DNA of 64,000 nucleotides from the human T2T-CHM13v2.0 reference genome, Homo sapiens (GCF_009914755.1 NC_060944.1), one strand, 5' to 3'; shown: positions 1 to 23,090, numbered from the stretch's first letter. A program made the numbers and translations. Notes: generated by a model not told the origin, from the letters alone.

Positions 1-5904
<5,904 letters not shown>

Positions 5905-6088
5905 TGTATTTCTTTATGATTCAATCTTGTTATATAAAATGCATCTAGGAATTTATTCATTTCCTCTAGGTTTTCCACTTTGTTGGTGTATAATTGTTCA
6001 TAAGTCTCTAATGAACCTTTGCATTCCTCGTTATTGATTTCTAGTTTTATTCCATTGTTGTCTGAGAAGATGCTAGATATGATTTCAA

Positions 6089-6387
<299 letters not shown>

Positions 6388-6402
6388 TTAAAAATTTGTT
6401 GA

Positions 6403-6694
6403 GGCCAGGCTTGGTGGCTCACGCCTGTAATCCTAGTATTTTGGAATCTGAGGATCCTCAAGTGGGAGGATTGTTTGAGGCCAGGAATTTGAGGCCAGAC
6501 TGGGCAACATAGTGAGGCATTGTCTCTACAAAAAGTTGAAAATTAGCTAGGCATTGTGGTGTGCACCTATAGTCCTTGTTACTTGGGAGGCTGAAGAGGG
6601 GATAATTTGAGCTCAGGAGTTCAAGGCTGCAGTGAGCTGTAGGACTGCATTCCTGCCTGGATGACAGGGCGAGACCGTGTCTAAAAAAAAAAAA
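6403..6694 (+). mobile_element. AluJ-like
   Basis: Diverged Alu body (aggagttcaaggctgcagtgagc), A-tail, flanks ending in tgttga on both sides. Confidence 0.9.
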
Positions 6695-7459
6695 TGTTGA
6701 GACTTATTTTGTGGCCTAATGTATGGTTTACCCTTTAGAATGTTCCATGTGCTGATGAGAAGAATGTGTGTTCTACAGCTGTTGGATAAAAGATTCTGAA
6801 AATGTCTGTTAGGTCCATTTGGTCTAAAGTGCAGTTTAAATCCAGTGTTTGTTGATTTTCTGTTTAGACGATCAAATGCTGACAGTGGAGTGAAGTTCTC
6901 AATAGTTATTGTCTTGGAATCTTTATTTTTACAGTGAATAATATTTGCTTTATGTATCTGAGTGCTCTGTTGTTGGGTATATATATATATTTAGAGTTGT
7001 TATCTACTGTTACACTCCAGTAGCATTTTTGCTATGAAGTGAATCTCCTGGGTTGGATGCTATATTACTTGGTATTTCATGTCTTTGGATCAGGCGTGAA
7101 TAATAGTGCTGGCTGAGCCTTACAGGACTAGAAAGGCAAATCCATGTTTGGAATAAATCCAGGTATTTATCCCTGTGAGGTTGAACCACTGTACTTTAGA
7201 GGCTGGCAGGTGGCTGAAGTAGTCAATTTGTCCCCCAGTAAGTAGTTTATTTTCTTGAGGAATAGTGTCACATTAGGGACTCAACTTTCTGCTGATACAT
7301 GCTGGGTAGTTCTTGGCAATTCTTTAGGTATCTATGTACCATTTTCCTCCTTTATCAAGACCAACACTTGTGCACTGGGTTATCCTTAGACATAATCATA
7401 ATTACTGGCCTGGTGGCTGGGAGAGGAGGTTGGACCAGCTCCTGGGAGAGCAGCACCTA

Positions 7460-7963
<504 letters not shown>

Positions 7964-8098
7964 TCACCCTTTCCTGTTCATCATTATATTGTGCATTGCC
8001 CATTTAAATCAGCACAATCAGTGAAATGACACAATTTCTACTTTGTTGCTCCTATTAGGATTTTTTTTTTAGAACATTAGAAATGTTGCAGAAACTAA

Positions 8099-8396
<298 letters not shown>

Positions 8397-9665
8397 AATG
8401 TCTAATTCAACTGTTTTACTTCACTTCTCCATATGCACATTCTACCAGTGCACTCTAACTTCAAGTTGAGTAAGAAACAGAGAAAGTAGCTATGAGTTGC
8501 CTTATGTTTCCAATCCCTTGTGTGTGATCATTTTCAACACAAGTGGTTGGCTAATAAGAGGAACTTGAGCAGGAAATGCGTTGACCGGGTTCCTTGGCTG
8601 TTTATGCTAAGACATTGTCTTCTGAGTTCAAATCAAATTCTGGGTCCAAATGGACAGTGGTGTCTCTTGGGGCTGTCAGTGTCCCAGATCACTCAGATGT
8701 AAATGTGTTTAATATGGAAGAGGAGCACAGAATTCTGGTGAACCCACAATGTGCAGTGAAACTCAAAATGAGTATGAGGAAAGTTATGGAAGTTGAAGGG
8801 CAAGCATCACAAATACCATTTACAAAAGGATAGGCATATTGCATGTATCTTCCCTGTGCTGGACAAGGGTTGTGTGCAGCTATGTAGGGCACATGCTCAT
8901 TAAGCTGGCCTTAATTGTGAAGGTTCTGTGGTAATGAATGGTGGAAATGCTATTCCTAAGGAAGGATGGGCCATCTCTACACACCCAGATGGTCTGTGGC
9001 TGGGAGCATGGCAGAGGCAATCTTGGGCATCCATGGAGATGTTCCGGTGTCATTTTTCAGGATCCCAGATTTTCCTTACGAAGGGTCTGACCTCTACAAA
9101 ATAGACATGCATTGGCTGAGCATTCCAACATCTGTAGAGCTCTGCTACAGGCCTTCAGCCCACATATTTGGGCAATAATTCTGCCTTCTATCCAAGAAGA
9201 TAAAGGCCTTGTAAGCACTCACCAGGGAGTCCTGGTTTACTTAACCATTAACTGTTTGCTAATGGCTGAATGAAGTCTTCAATTTCTCAAGGTCCTTCTG
9301 CAGGTGGTAATGCAGATCGGCGATAATCAGTCTACTCTGCTCTTTGTAGGCACTTTCCCTACATTTTCAAAGGCCTGCATCATCACATCTGCCACAGCAT
9401 TCTCTATCATTGAGGCATTTTCTCAGGAAATCACCTGTGAAATATTTTGCAGCTAACCACCTACCTGTGCCCCACCAGCCAACATGCTTTACTCCTGCCA
9501 GGCAGGTGAGTGGTCCCCAGATCCCTATTTTACCACTTGTTTTGTCAGACTGTTCTTGGTATCAGCTGTGTTGGAGGGAGTTCTCTGCAAAGACCAATAT
9601 GGGACTGCATATACAGAGATTTTATTTCCAGATATGACTGTGAGAGAATGATGAGGGGAGCAGTT

Positions 9666-10079
9666 ACTTAGTCTATTTGAGCTGTTATAATAAAATACCA
9701 CTGACTAGGAAATGTATAAAGAGGACTTTATTTTCCCAGAGTTCTGGAGGCTGGGAAGTTCAACATCAAAACATCAGTAGGTGCAGTTGTCTGTTGAGGG
9801 CTCATGTCTGTTTCCAAGATGATGCCTTCATGCTGCATCTTTTGGAAGGGAGGAGCATTGTGTCCTCACAGAGCAGAAAATAGAAGGGCCACAGGACAAA
9901 CTCCCTCTATCAAGCCTTTTCATAAGGGCACCTGATCCCATTCGCAAAGCTCTATCTTCGTGACTTGACTTAATCACTTCCCAAAGGTCCCACCTCCTAA
10001 TACTTACACTGTTTCAACAGTAAACAGTTTATGTAGAGTTTCAACATAAATTAAGGAGGGGACAAAACATCCAAACCAA
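9666..10079 (-). mobile_element. MaLR solo LTR (MST/MLT1A-like)
   Basis: Typical MaLR motifs: ttagtctattt..., agttctggaggctgggaagttc, taatcacttcccaaaggtcccacctcctaatac, aggggacaaaacatccaaacca. Confidence 0.85.
9727..9732 (-). terminator. Candidate poly(A) signal (AATAAA) of ZNF337
   Basis: First canonical AATAAA I found on the minus strand after the stop codon (~800 nt downstream). A second lies at 9621-9626. Confidence 0.6.
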
Positions 10080-10529
10080 GGAAGGCTGGGAGGGAAGCCA
10101 GAGGGAAAGTGCAAGAGGAGGTTTGGTGGAGGTGTCCTAGATTGTTTGCAGTCCAAGGAGGTTGGGGAGAGTGTAACAGGCCTGCCTTGGTATCCCTGCT
10201 CTGCAGTCACTGGCTAAGAGCAGTCCTTAGAAAGCACAGCCTGGCACAAATACAACAAGAATATGTGCTCAGTAGGAAAGAGACCACATTTCCCCAATAG
10301 CCCAGGTAATGCCCTCCCCTCAACTGGCATCTCTGTTCCCTAAACATTGACCTCTTTTCTCTGAATCTCTTGGGGACACATGGGTTGAATTCAGGTTCTC
10401 TGTAGCCCTCTGGATTCTGTCTGCCTCTGTTATATCTTCACGAACAAGTTATGCAGCCTCAACTAAAGCTTGTAACAAAGCAAAGTTACTCTCCTGAGTG
10501 TGTCCTCTGATGGATGGTGAGATATAACT

Positions 10530-12535
10530 TCAAGATGAAGCCTCACCCACACTCCCTGTACAAAAACGCTTCTCACGTAAGTGTCTCTTTAAGTGCTTAC
10601 TGTAGTATGACTTATTGCTAAACTTTCGTCCACACTCTTGGCATTCATAAGGCCTCTCTCCTGTGTGTATTCTTTCATGCACAGTGAGGTCTGACTTACT
10701 GGTATAGCCTCGCTTACACTCCTGGCAAACAAAAGGCTTCTCCTTTGAGTGTATCCGCCAGTGGTGTCTGGTGAGACTTCTCTTCCAGCTGAAGCCTTGC
10801 CCACACACATTACACACGAAGGGCTTCTCCCCTGAGTGTGTCCTCTGGTGTGTGAGGAGATTTCCCTTCCAGTTGAAGCCTCGCCCACACTCCTTGCATA
10901 CAAAAGGCTGCTTGCCAGAATGTGCAAGCTGGTGTTTCACAAGATTTGACTTCCAGATAAATCCTTGCCCACATTCACTACAGATGAAAGGCTTCTCCCC
11001 TGAGTGTGTCTTCTGGTGGAAGAGGAGAGTTGATTTTAGGATGAAGCCTCGCCCGCAATCCTTGCAATTAAATGGCCTTTCCCCCGAGTGTGTCCACTGA
11101 TGTCTAAGAAGATTTGCCTTCAAACTAAAACTTTTCTCACACTGCTTGCACATGAAGGGCTTCTCTCCTGAGTGTGTCCTCTGATGTATGGTGAGATTTG
11201 GCTTCAAGGTAAAGCCTCGCCCACAATCCCTGCAGAAAAAACGTTTCTCACCCAAGTGTGCCCTCAGGTGCTTGTTATAGGAGGACTTATCCCGAAACCT
11301 TCGCCCACACTCCCGACATCCATAAGGCTTCTCCTCTGAGTGTGTCCTCTGGTGTAAAGTGAAGGTTGACTTTTGGATAAAGCCTCGTCCACAGTCCTTG
11401 CACACAAAAGGCTTCTCCTCTGAGTGTGTGATCTGATGTTTCACAAGGGTTGACTTCTGAATAAATCCTTGCCCACATTCTCTACAAACAAAAGGTTTCT
11501 CCCCTGAGTGTGTTCTCTGGTGGTAGACAAGAGTTGACTTTTGGCTAAAGCTTCGCTCACAATCCTTGCACACAAAAGGCTTCTCCCCTGAGTGTGTTCT
11601 CTGGTGTCTGAGGAGACTTCCTTTCACGCTAAAACTTTGCTTACACTGCCTGCACGCAAAGGGCTTCTCCCCTGAGTGTGTCCTCTGGTGTGTGATAAGG
11701 TGTGACTTATTGCTAAAGCCTCGGCCACACTCCTGGCATCTGTAAGGCTTCTCTCCTGAGTGTATTCTCTTGTGCACAACGAAGTATGACTTATTAGTAT
11801 AGCCTCGCCCACACTCCTTGCACACAAAAGGCTTCTCCCCTGAATGCGCCTTCAAGTGCTTGTTGTATGAGGACTTATCGTTAAACCTTCGCCCACACTC
11901 CTGGCATTCATAAGGCTTCTCTCCTGTGTGTGTTCTCTCATGCACAGTGAGGTATGACTTACTGGTATAGCCTCGTCCACACACCTTGCACAGAAAAGGC
12001 TTCTCTCCTGAGTGTGTCCTCTGGTGTCTGAGGAGGTTGGCCTTGAGGCTGAAGCCTCGCCCACACACACTGCACACATAGGACTTCTCTCCTGTGTGTG
12101 TGTTCTGGTGCAAGAGCAATGCTGACTCATCTCTAAAGCCCTGGTGACACTCCCTGCATGTAAAAAGTTTCTGCCTGGAATGTGCTTTTTTGTGTATGAT
12201 TACCATCATCTTCCGGCTGAAGTCTTGCCCACGCTCTGCACACTTGAATGCTCCCCATCTTGAATTTTCTATTCCTTTCAATACTTTGTCTATTTCTGTA
12301 GGATTTTCCCTCTGGCCTTGACTAGACTCTATTTCCACTACACTGTTCCTCCTCCTTGAGCTTACTGCATGTCTTAGGGGTGGGCTGGAAAATGCCATGG
12401 GCTTAGTGCTTTTTTCTTTCTCTTGACCTTCAGCTGTGTCACTCTGGAAGCTTTGATCAGAAAATTGTAGTTGCTGTTGCCTCTGATGTGCAAGTCCAAG
12501 ATTCTTGGGCCGCAGGACATGTTCTGCATATATTC
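10530..12535 (-). CDS. ZNF337: ZNF337 last coding exon: spacer, one degenerate finger and 19 intact C2H2 zinc fingers
   Basis: Long ORF with repeated CxxC...HxxxH and SGEKP/TGEKP linkers. Acceptor ctattctccag|GAATATATG (AG at 12536-12537). TGA at 10530-10532. Phase matches the upstream KRAB-B exon. Confidence 0.97.
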
Positions 12536-12619
12536 CTGGAGAATAGACCAACAATGAGACTGAATCAGTAACGAAAAGTCTTCTATGAAAGAAAAACCCA
12601 GAACCATATTGCTTTACTG

Positions 12620-15900
<3,281 letters not shown>

Positions 15901-16478
15901 AATAATCCCCCCAAAACTAATACAAAATAGTAGGCATCTACAAAGGGGAGATATTTATATATAAATGGAGAATAATAAAGAATTATCTTTTTTAATACAT
16001 TAAAATGAATATTCATATTAAGAAAGGAAAAACTAAAGTGAAAAGAGAAATAGCAAACTGATAGAAAGTACTGCTGGTACTATGACAGTCAATGTGCTTA
16101 TTATTCAGGAAAAATACTCCAAAACTTGTCAGATATATGATTATATGACCTTTCCTACATCATCTGTATAATTTTTAATTTTTCTGATCACTCGGATAAT
16201 GACAGTTAAGTTTGCTGATTCTGTAAAGTTACAGGGTAACTTACAATGGTGTTATTTTGGCACTATCCACATACATCCCACCTTCTCATACCTGCACTGA
16301 ACCAGCTTTGTCATCCTGCCAGTAACCTCACTTATGAGTTAAATAAAATCCTAACATATGCTCCCATTACATTAAACATTCACACTTTCAGAAGTCAGTG
16401 GTAGACAAGAAGCCTTTTATTTTAATTCACTGACAGACAAATCAGCAAGCAATTGATATGGGGGCGAGAGAAGGGAGT

Positions 16479-16790
16479 TGATAATGGGCTGAACATTAGC
16501 ATCCCCCCCAAATTCATATGTTGATGCCTTAACCCCCAATGTGATGGTATTTGGAGGTGGAGTTGTTGGGAGATAAACAGGTTTAGTTGAGATCGTGGGG
16601 TGAGCCCATGAGAGGACACAGTAAGGAGGCGGCAGCCTGTGAGCCAGGATGGGGACCCTCACAATGAAGCAAAGGTGCCAGCACCTTCATCTTGGAATTC
16701 CCAGATTCTAGAACTGTACGAAATAAATGTCTGTTGTTTAAGCCTCCCAGTCTATGATATTTCGTCATTTCTACGATACTCAAGATGACA
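16479..16790 (+). mobile_element. MLT1A-like MaLR solo LTR
   Basis: Sequence cccccaaattcatatgttgatgccttaacccccaatgtgatggtatttggagg ... aaataaatgtctgttgtttaagcctcccagtcta, with TG...CA ends. Confidence 0.85.
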
Positions 16791-17870
16791 GAGGAGTCCC
16801 TTCCCACCTATGTAAACTGAGGGAGTGGCCCCGATCCAAAAGCAGAGACCTTATGCACGTGAAAACTCAGGCCAGCTCCAAATTTCTCAGTGGATGCCCC
16901 CACATTTTTTATGGGGTGGTGGGAAGCAAGGAATGGGAAAGAACTCCACAGTCTGTATGAACCTGCTTTTTTTGCAGACAATAGGACAAAGTCAACAACA
17001 ATAACCATAAAAAAAAATCAACCTGCTAATTTTCTGATAGAGAGTATACTGTGTAATTCCACTTACATGAAGTTCTAAGATGGGTGAAATTAAGGCATAT
17101 TGAACAAAATCCGAATAGTGATTTTCTCTGGTGGACGTGGGGGCAGGAAATGACTGGAAAAAGGCACAAAAGCACTTCTGGGGTGAGAGTAATTCTTTTG
17201 TGTTGTCATAGGGGTCCAGATTACACAAAGTTATGCATATGTCAAAGCTCACTGAATGTTACACTTAAGATTTATGCATCTTATATAAATCCTAAAAAGA
17301 ACCACAAAGAAACATTATAATACTACTTATTGATATGCATGCTGAAGTGTTTATGCGTAAAGGATAATGATGTCCACAATATTAAAGAGCATCAAAAGGA
17401 AGATGGACTTATGGATGGAGAGAGCAATGCACAGCTGGGTAAGTAAGCGATAAAGAATACGGAGCACAAAGCTAAATGCTGACTGTAGGTGGCAGATCGA
17501 CAGGTGTTCATTCTATAAGCCTTTCAACTTTTTAGTATCCACCAAAATATAATTGTTCAACATTTGCTTCACAAAAAAATGCTGGAGGAAAGGAAGTATT
17601 ATAGGATGTAAACTCAAAATATATATGCCATGAAATAAGGAAAGTTAAATGAGGGTTACAGTCACCAAAAAAAATCTTAGGAACTAATATTAATATTAAA
17701 CGAAATAGATTATAATACAGTAACTATTATTAGGTTTTACAGATGAAATATGATGACCAGGATTTGCTTCAAAATAATCCAGGAATGGGAGATGAGGGTG
17801 AAAGTACAGAGGACACAAGATTCCCTGTGAGCCAATAAAATTATAATAATTCTAACCCTGCATGTATTTA

Positions 17871-18356
<486 letters not shown>

Positions 18357-18726
18357 TTAAATCTTTGTATCTTTATAAACTTGATCTAGGAAGGGTTTCT
18401 TAAACAAGACATAAAAGAGACTTCCAAGTACTCGAGGAGAACTGCAGCTGTGTAAGGCTAAATCTGTCCACACATTCTCCAAATAGGATATAAAGGTCAA
18501 TAGAAACAGATGACCCCTGAAACTGACACATAACAAGATAGAGAAAACTAAATTTATCATTGTCATAAGCAGAAAACTTAACACCACTTTTCAGCAGTCT
18601 CCTGTGGTCCCACTGTGAGGAGTGAGGAAAGCCAGTAAAACAGCATGAAAAGAGAAGAGAGGAACACAGGGCCTAACTGTGAACTAAAACTGCTCCAAGA
18701 GAGAACAAGTCCACCCTAGAGGTAAG

Positions 18727-18727
<1 letters not shown>

Positions 18728-18774
<47 letters not shown>
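18728..18774. repeat. Perfect (ATC)15 trinucleotide microsatellite, intronic
   Basis: Uninterrupted atc repeats. Confidence 0.95.
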
Positions 18775-18998
18775 GAGTCCTGATGAACCACTGCGGTGAC
18801 TACAGGGACTTAAGAGGGTGCACAATTCTAGACCACAGCCCCACTCAGGCAGTACATCTGGGGGAAATGGGGGAAGGAGGAAGGTGAAGTGACCTCTGGC
18901 AACAGTAGTACTGCTTAAAACATTAAACGACAAGGAAAAAAAGCTATGGGAATTGAAGAAGGAGAATAACGGACAGAGGTTTTAAGAAGCTAAAATAG

Positions 18999-20735
18999 AA
19001 CTTAAACAAATTTACAAGAAAAAAAAAAACCCCATCAAAAAATGGGCAAAGGATATGAACAGACACTCCTCAAAAGAAGACATTTATGCAGCCAACAAAC
19101 TTAGAAAAAATGCTCATCATCACTGGCCATCAGAGAAATGCAAATCAAAACCACAATGAGATACCATCTCATACCAGTTAGAATGGCAATCATTAAAAAG
19201 GAAACAACAGGTGCTGGAGAGGATGTGGAGAAATAGGAACACTTTTACACTGTTGGTGGGACTGTAAACTAGTTCAACCATTGTGGAAGTCAGTGTGGCG
19301 ATTCCTCAGGGATCTAGAACTAGAAATACCATTTGACTCAGCCATCCCATTACCAGGTATATACCCAAAGGAATATAAATCATGCTGCTATAAAGACACA
19401 TGCACACGTATGTTTATTGCAGCACTATACACAATAGCAAAGACTTGGAACCAACCCAAATGTCCAACAATGATAGACTGGATTAAGAAAATGTGGCACA
19501 TATACACCATGGAATACTATGCAGCCGTAAAAAATGATGGGTTCATGTCCTTTACAGGGACATGGATGAAGTTGGAAACCATCATTCTCAGCAAACTATC
19601 TCAAGGACAAATAACCAAACACCGCATGTTCTCACTCATAGATGGGAATTGAACAATGAGAACACATGGACACAGGAAGGGGAACATCACACTCTGGGGA
19701 CTGTTGTGGGGTGGGGGGAGGGGGGAGGGATAGCACTAGGAGATATACCTAATGCTAAATGACGAGTTAATGGGTGCAGCACACCAGCATGGCACATGTA
19801 TACATATGTAACTAACCTGCACATTGTGCACATGTACCCTAAAACTTAAAGTATAATAATAATACAAATAAATAAAAAATATTAAAAAAAATTAAAAAAA
19901 GAGAAATGCAAATCAAAACCACAATGAGATACCATCTCACGCCAGTTAGAATGGCGATCATTAAAAAGTCAGGAAACAACAGATGCTTGAGAGGATGTGG
20001 AGAAATAGGAATGCTTTTCCTCTGTTGGTGGGAGTGTAAATTAGTTCAACCATTGTGGAAGACAGTGTGGCGATTCCTCAAGGATCTAGAACTAGAAATA
20101 CCATTTGACCCGGCAATGCCATTACTGGGTATATACCCGAAGGATTATAAATCATTCTACTATAAAGACACATGCAGAGGTATGTTTACTGCAGCACTTT
20201 TCACAATAGCAAAGTCTTGGAACCAACCCAAATGCCCATCAATGATAGACTGGATAAAGAAAATGTGGCACATATATACCATAGAATACTATGTGGCCAT
20301 AAAAAAGGATGAGTTCATGTCCTTTGCAGGATCATGGATGAAACTGGAAACCATCATTCTCAGCAGAGTAACACAAGAAGAGAAAAATCAAACACTATAT
20401 GTTCTCACTCATAAGTGGGAGTTGAACCATGAAAACACATGGACACAGGGAGGGGAACATCACACACTGGGGCATGTTGGGGGGTAGGGGGCAGGGGAGA
20501 GGATAGCATTAGGAGAAACACCTAATGTAAATGACGAGTTGATGGATGTAGCAAACCAACATGGCACATGTATACCTATGTAACAAACCTGCATGTTGTG
20601 CACATATACCCCAGAACTTAAATTAAAAAAAAAAAAGAAAATCAGTATATAGAAGAATGAGATGCAAATTGTATCAAAAAATTTATATTTACTTACACAG
20701 AAAAATAATTAAAAAACAAAACAAAACAAAACAAA
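18999..20735 (+). mobile_element. 5'-truncated L1PA (L1PA6/7-like) containing a nested younger L1PA3/4-like 3' fragment (~19130-19900) and a 3' extension
   Basis: 15-bp TSD aagaagctaaaatag at 18984-18998 and 20736-20750. Two L1 3' ends with separate A-tails (~19860-19900 and 20625-20641). Confidence 0.9.
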
Positions 20736-21070
20736 AAGAAGCTAAAATAGGAATACCTGGACAGTATCAGGAAGGGGCAATAGACTTAGGCTTGCAGTCG
20801 GGCAGTCACGAGGAAAGTCACAAATGAGGAGATTGAGTGGGAGAAAGAAGTCTAGCAAGTAGGGGGAAAGGAGGCTTCCTGGGAGAAGGAGTCCAGGGAC
20901 CTCAGGAGAACCTCTCACTCAGCAAGGACTGGAAGGAAGGCAGGGCCAGGTGGTCTGAAGAGCAGCCAAGGAGGCCAGAACAGCTTCCAGGTCCCCTGGC
21001 CTCAGAGAAGCCTCCTCCCTCCTGAAAGGCGGAGTGCCTTGTGCTCTGTCTGCCCTGTCTATCCCCTCAC

Positions 21071-21166
21071 CTGCACAGGGGCCTGGCCGGCGTCTTCTCT
21101 CTTCTCCCCAGGGCACTTCCCCTTGCTCTAGCCGCCTGATGAGTTCTGGTTTAGAATGGAGAATTC
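21071..21166 (-). CDS. ZNF337: ZNF337 KRAB-B exon (96 nt; ILHSKPELIRRLEQGEVPWGEERRRRPGPCA)
   Basis: Acceptor gagcag|GAATTC, donor GCAG|gtgagg. KPELI..LEQG..PW is the KRAB-B motif, and 96 nt is the canonical length. Confidence 0.95.
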
Positions 21167-21476
21167 CTGCTCACAGGGAAAAAAACCATGAGGTGACTCC
21201 TGGTTGTAGGCTCCACGGGCCATTTGCTGGAGCCACCCAGGGCAGGAAGGGAGGGAGAATCAGAGGGGGAAGGCTCAGGAGGACCCTGTCTACCATGCTC
21301 AGAGTACAAACCCCCAGGGGGAGCCCCAGTGTGGGGAAAGGCCTGCAGGTGCCCAGTGGCAGTCAGTATGAAACTTTACCAAAGCCAGACCTTCCTCAGG
21401 GGAATAGAGAAAACAACATTCTTGTCTCTGAACCTAACCCTATGGCAACATCAGAGGCACCACAGGCCAAATGTTA

Positions 21477-21650
<174 letters not shown>

Positions 21651-21894
21651 TCACCAGGGACAGTGTTGCACTCACGCAGTTGGAGGATTCCAGGTTCTGC
21701 CATCTGTACACAGATCACTACTTGATGAGTGACACCCACAGGCCAGTCACCTGCTGGAGGACGCCAGGAAAGACAGATCACTCCCCAGGAGCGGTGCTGG
21801 CCTTGGTCCTGTGCTAATAATGTAACTGCTAGGGCCAGTGAAGGAAATGGGCCCATCCTGTGACAGCAAGAACGACAGTTCTGGGAAGTCTCAC

Positions 21895-21921
21895 CTGTCT
21901 CCTGGCTCCCTGAGGTCCCAT
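21895..21921 (-). CDS. ZNF337: ZNF337 first coding exon (MGPQGARRQ); whole exon 21895-21970
   Basis: ATG at 21919-21921, donor CAG|gtgaga, upstream acceptor cccacag (AG at 21971-21972). Splices in phase 0 to KRAB-A, giving a total CDS of 2256 nt. Confidence 0.9.
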
Positions 21922-23090
21922 GACTGTCTTCCTGCTCTCCACGGAGAAGGGAAGCTTGCAGATGGCCAATCTGTGGGAGGAGAGAAGTCAGAGGGTGGCT
22001 GGGTGCAGCTGCCCTCCCCATGTGTGACAGTTGGTGTGATTCCAATACCAACTGGGGATCTGGGGAGGGCGCACCTGCACAATTCCCCTGTGGGGATCTG
22101 GCCAAAAGGTCTAGGGAGCCAGGCTCCCTGCAAATCCAGGACAAGCTCATCTGGGAGTGAAGTGTGCCCCAGGAGCTGGGTGACGTTTGTTGCTTACATC
22201 ACTGAGGGGCTAAAAGGATGAGGAACACCTGCAGATGAGGTCTTGCATTTAAGGTTAGGGCTCAGAGTTCCAGGTGTTCTTTGCACTGGACAGGAGAATA
22301 CACAAGAGCTGTCTGCCTCTTCTAGCCTCTGTCTCCCCGGGTTTGAAGTCAGGATAACCACAGGTGCAGACAAACTTGAGAAGGCCACAGGCAGATGGCA
22401 TTGGCAGTTATTCAGTACTGTACAACACCAAAGCCTTTAACAAATTAATAGCATGGGGAGTGTGAGCTGTCAGGAATAAAAGTCCTCAGACACATGGTTA
22501 ATCTAAGGCAATGAGTGATCCAATGCAATTTGGATCCTGATTGCAACAAAGAATATGTGAGGAGTATTAACAGCCAGTGAAATCTGAACACTAATTGGAT
22601 ATTAGATTATCAAACATTAATTTTGTTGTTATAAAAGTATTTTGGGTTTTAAAAACATGAGCCCTTCCTTGTATACAAACTTTTGGAACATTCATGAGTG
22701 AAAATGATGTCTGGATGTGCTTAAACACCCCTTCTCACCCTCAAAAGTCAATTGAGCATTACTGGCCACACTTCATAATTTTTAGAACTGAATAATGTGT
22801 ACTGGGTTCATTATATTATTTTCTCCGAATTTTTTGAAAAAAATTCCAGTAGAAATACAGGAAAAGAACTGTAAATTAAAGTGGTGGGTGTAATGATTTC
22901 ATTAGAGTATTCACTATACTTTTAAGTGAATGTTTTGACTAAAAAAATAAAATTAAAAACACAGACATATAGGGGTGAAAAGAAGGAAATGTGAAGGAAC
23001 AAAGATGCTATCATGTGGTGATTATGATGAACACAGCATACATCCACTAGCCAGTAACTTTGAGACAGAAGTGAACAAATACTATGGTGT

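Larger units (their letters stand above)
9567..10260 (-). mobile_element. LTR16-like ERVL LTR split by a MaLR LTR
   Basis: The segment ctgccttggtatccctgctctgcagtcactggctaagagcag and the 9567-9660 terminus resemble LTR16. It adjoins the ERVL internal relic. Confidence 0.5.

Noticed and set aside
10589-12130. Antisense and alternative-frame ORFs over the zinc-finger array
   Set aside because: Expected by-products of the repetitive 84-bp finger codon pattern.
18673-18933. Poly-Met ORF
   Set aside because: Simply the reverse strand of the (ATC)n microsatellite.
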